From Minisyncoccota bacterium (GTDB taxonomy: Bacteria > Patescibacteriota > Minisyncoccia > Phycocordibacterales > JABMNX01), in contig JAPHQU010000001.1 of assembly GCA_026195275.1 (NCBI GenBank), forward strand, positions 77,712-141,711: DNA of 64,000 nucleotides, written 5' to 3'. Of this stretch, positions 61,927 to 64,000 are shown piece by piece; positions within the stretch are counted from its first letter, which is position 1, and every line of letters begins with the position of its first letter. The notes beneath the pieces were generated by a model. It had not been told where the DNA came from and ran no database searches. It saw nothing but the letters and a program-made list of their open reading frames with translations. Position numbers and translations under genes: made by a program.

Positions 61927-62997
61927 CTACTTCGCAACAAACACGGTCTGTGTTGGGTAGGCAAACTTGATCTTTTCTTTACCAAATCGTGTGAAGAGCT
62001 TGAGGAGGATCTCCTGTTGAGTATCCATGAATGCCGTATAGTCGCTCGTCGGCACATAGTAGACCACGTCGAAGTCTATCGATGAGTCAGCAAGTTTTGC
62101 GAGATGAACTCGATCAAGACGCGCCCTACTTTCCCCCACGCCTTCTAATATCTCGCGCACTATACCGGGAATCTTCTCAAGGACTGCAGGTTTTGTGTCA
62201 TATACTACCCCAAAAGAAAATGTTGCTCGACGCTCTTCTAGCTTTTTCATGTTTTGTACGCGTGCTGAGGTGAGCTCTTTGTTTGAAATGACAATCTCCT
62301 CACCCTGGAGCGCGCGCAGGCGCGTTGTTTTAATACCGATTCGCTCAACGGTACCTGAGTGGTTGCCGACGACAATGAAGTCCCCTACCTCAAACGGCTT
62401 ATCAAGGTAGATCGCAAATGAACTAAAGAGATCAGAGAGGATATTCTGCATCGCGAGCGCAACTGCGATACCACCAATACCAAGCCCGGCAATGAGTGAG
62501 GTTATGTTAATACCGAGGTTTGAGAGCACCGCAAGTATGGCGACCACCCAGAGACCCCATTTGATAAAGTTGCTCAAGAAGCGATACGCATTTTGCACGT
62601 CTTTCCCCTCTTTCTCTGCACGTTTCGCGAAAGTGTACTCAACGAGTATATGGAGTGCGACGACCACCTGGTAGGCGATGACAATGAGGAATATTGTGTC
62701 AACAACTTTCGACACCGCACCTGAGAGCACCAGGTATTGGAGTCCGACCCAAAGCCCGATGACGTAATAGAACGCCGGCTTGAGGCTCCGCACAACCCGG
62801 ATGAGCGTGTCGTCGATGTCGGTCTTTGTCTTCTCGGCGAACGAAGCGAGTCGGCGAAGCACTATCCCCTGCACCACCTTGAGCGCCACAATCGCAAGTA
62901 CCGCAACCACAAATGCGACCACATAGTCTTGCACTGTATTTCCAAAGATAATCGTGAACCGGTTTACTGGTTCATTAAGAAGTATTGAGATGTTCAT
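61927..62997 (-). CDS. Small-conductance mechanosensitive channel (MscS family)
   Basis: AGLGIGGIAVALA.Q, KPFEVGD, GTVE.IG.KTT. Confidence 0.94.
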   Translation of the reverse strand: MNISILLNEPVNRFTIIFGNTVQDYVVAFVVAVLAIVALKVVQGIVLRRLASFAEKTKTDIDDTLIRVVRSLKPAFYYVIGLWVGLQYLVLSGAVSKVVDTIFLIVIAYQVVVALHILVEYTFAKRAEKEGKDVQNAYRFLSNFIKWGLWVVAILAVLSNLGINITSLIAGLGIGGIAVALAMQNILSDLFSSFAIYLDKPFEVGDFIVVGNHSGTVERIGIKTTRLRALQGEEIVISNKELTSARVQNMKKLEERRATFSFGVVYDTKPAVLEKIPGIVREILEGVGESRARLDRVHLAKLADSSIDFDVVYYVPTSDYTAFMDTQQEILLKLFTRFGKEKIKFAYPTQTVFVAK

Positions 62998-63058
62998 GTG
63001 TGTCATTGTAGCAAACAAAAAAGAAGCGACAAATGCCGCTTCTTTTTTGTTTTATTCG

Positions 63059-63209
63059 TCGGGGAGCCGGAATCGGTCACGAGTTGCTAGAGATTGTTCA
63101 GAGCAGAGCTCATCAAATCCCAAGCACTCTCGACCCCGCCTCACTGTTGCTCGTGCCTCGCAACATGTTCCGGCTTTCGATTCTCGACAGAAGCAAAGCA
63201 GTTTGCTTC
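63059..63209 (-). mobile_element. Structured element with target-derived flanks downstream of tRNA-Pro
   Basis: Inverted T-loop copy (63176-63186), core similar to 56265-56367, TGAC, then a duplicated tRNA 3' end (63059-63075). Confidence 0.7.
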
Positions 63210-63241
63210 CTGCTCCCCCCACTCCGCGCAAAGCGCTACGT

Positions 63242-63312
63242 TCGGGGAGCCGGGAATCGAACCCGGGCCGCTCGGTCCCAAACCGAGTACACTACCATTA
63301 TGCTACACCCCG
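63242..63312 (-). tRNA. tRNA-Pro (UGG)
   Basis: CGGGGTG..CTCGG TTTGGGA CCGAG..CCGGG TTCGATT CCCGG CTCCCCG A, one acceptor-stem mismatch. Confidence 0.93.
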
Positions 63313-63422
63313 CTATTTAGTTTTAGACCGTCAATAAAAAGCTCTCCCTTGACTGCAAAATCATACCATAAAGCACTATAATATCCAGCGTGTATATCTC
63401 TAAAGGACACATAAAGGACATT

Positions 63423-63893
63423 CTAAAGGACAACATTTTCGATATATCGACACTTCGCTTCCCTCCTCTTTTCATCCAAAAAGACAACGAGTACATCAAA
63501 CTGCCATTCGCCCTCATATTTCTTCTCCAAAAGATACGTCTGGATCACCCGCGACATGCGTTTGAGCTTCTGCGGGTGCACCTTTTCTTCCGGCTGGTAC
63601 CCGTCGAGTGTTTCAGGTGAAACGCTCCGGATACCGGGAAATGCCGTGGTTTTAACCTCTACAAAGTACAATCTCCCCTGCTTTTTAGCCACAATGTCTA
63701 TCTCACCCCATTTGCGCCAGTGGTTCCGCTCCACGATCTTAAACCCACGTTTCATGAGAAACGTACACGCGACATTCTCACCAATTCGCCCAATCCGCTG
63801 ATTTTCAGTCTCATTTGCTCCTACTTGTTTCATGCGAAACAAATCCTTCATAAACTCTTTTATTTCAATCAAGATATCCATAGTGTTTCCCAT
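63423..63893 (-). CDS. YraN (UPF0102) family nuclease-fold protein; start uncertain
   Basis: G..GE..A..FL...GF.I.ERN, GEIDIVA, FVEVK, FDV. Confidence 0.9.
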   Translation of the reverse strand: MGNTMDILIEIKEFMKDLFRMKQVGANETENQRIGRIGENVACTFLMKRGFKIVERNHWRKWGEIDIVAKKQGRLYFVEVKTTAFPGIRSVSPETLDGYQPEEKVHPQKLKRMSRVIQTYLLEKKYEGEWQFDVLVVFLDEKRREAKCRYIENVVL

Positions 63894-64000
63894 GAAACCT
63901 CTCCCCGAAGTTTATCACCGAATTTTGGGTAAGTGGGTAGTTACAGCATTTACGCCTTAAAATCTGTTTATAAAGATTTATAAGTAGATTTTAGGGAATA

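Noticed and set aside
62954-63381. ORFs over the tRNA-Pro region
   Set aside because: They overlap the tRNA and repeat element and show no protein features.

Overview
Core-chromosome segment of a small-genome bacterium. Gene content points to Patescibacteria/CPR, probably Parcubacteria (inference): no rpmD in the spc cluster, a trigger factor lacking the PPIase domain, split ComEC, a type IV pilus cluster, and core genes without SD motifs. It holds recG, ftsH-smpB-tmRNA, infC-rpmI-rplT, the str/S10/spc ribosomal clusters, competence and pilus genes, pgk/tpiA, nusA, tig-clpP, rny and hup. RNA genes are three tRNAs (including an unusual Ile-UAU), tmRNA and a probable compact 6S RNA. No CRISPR array, transposase, integrase or reverse transcriptase is visible. 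The most notable signals are non-coding. (1) A ~110-bp element family sits at the 3' ends of clpP, tRNA-Pro and tRNA-Gly, with flanks that are inverted and direct copies of its own target, and it leaves synonymously recoded clpP ends. (2) About 14 stand-alone accessory genes all carry SD motifs while core genes are leaderless or SD-less. (3) A covarying three-way-junction repeat lies in r-protein leaders. (4) Phased 10-bp arrays follow tmRNA. (5) Tandem tRNA-Ile 3' halves follow the tRNA-Ile gene. All calls are by eye; no searches were run.
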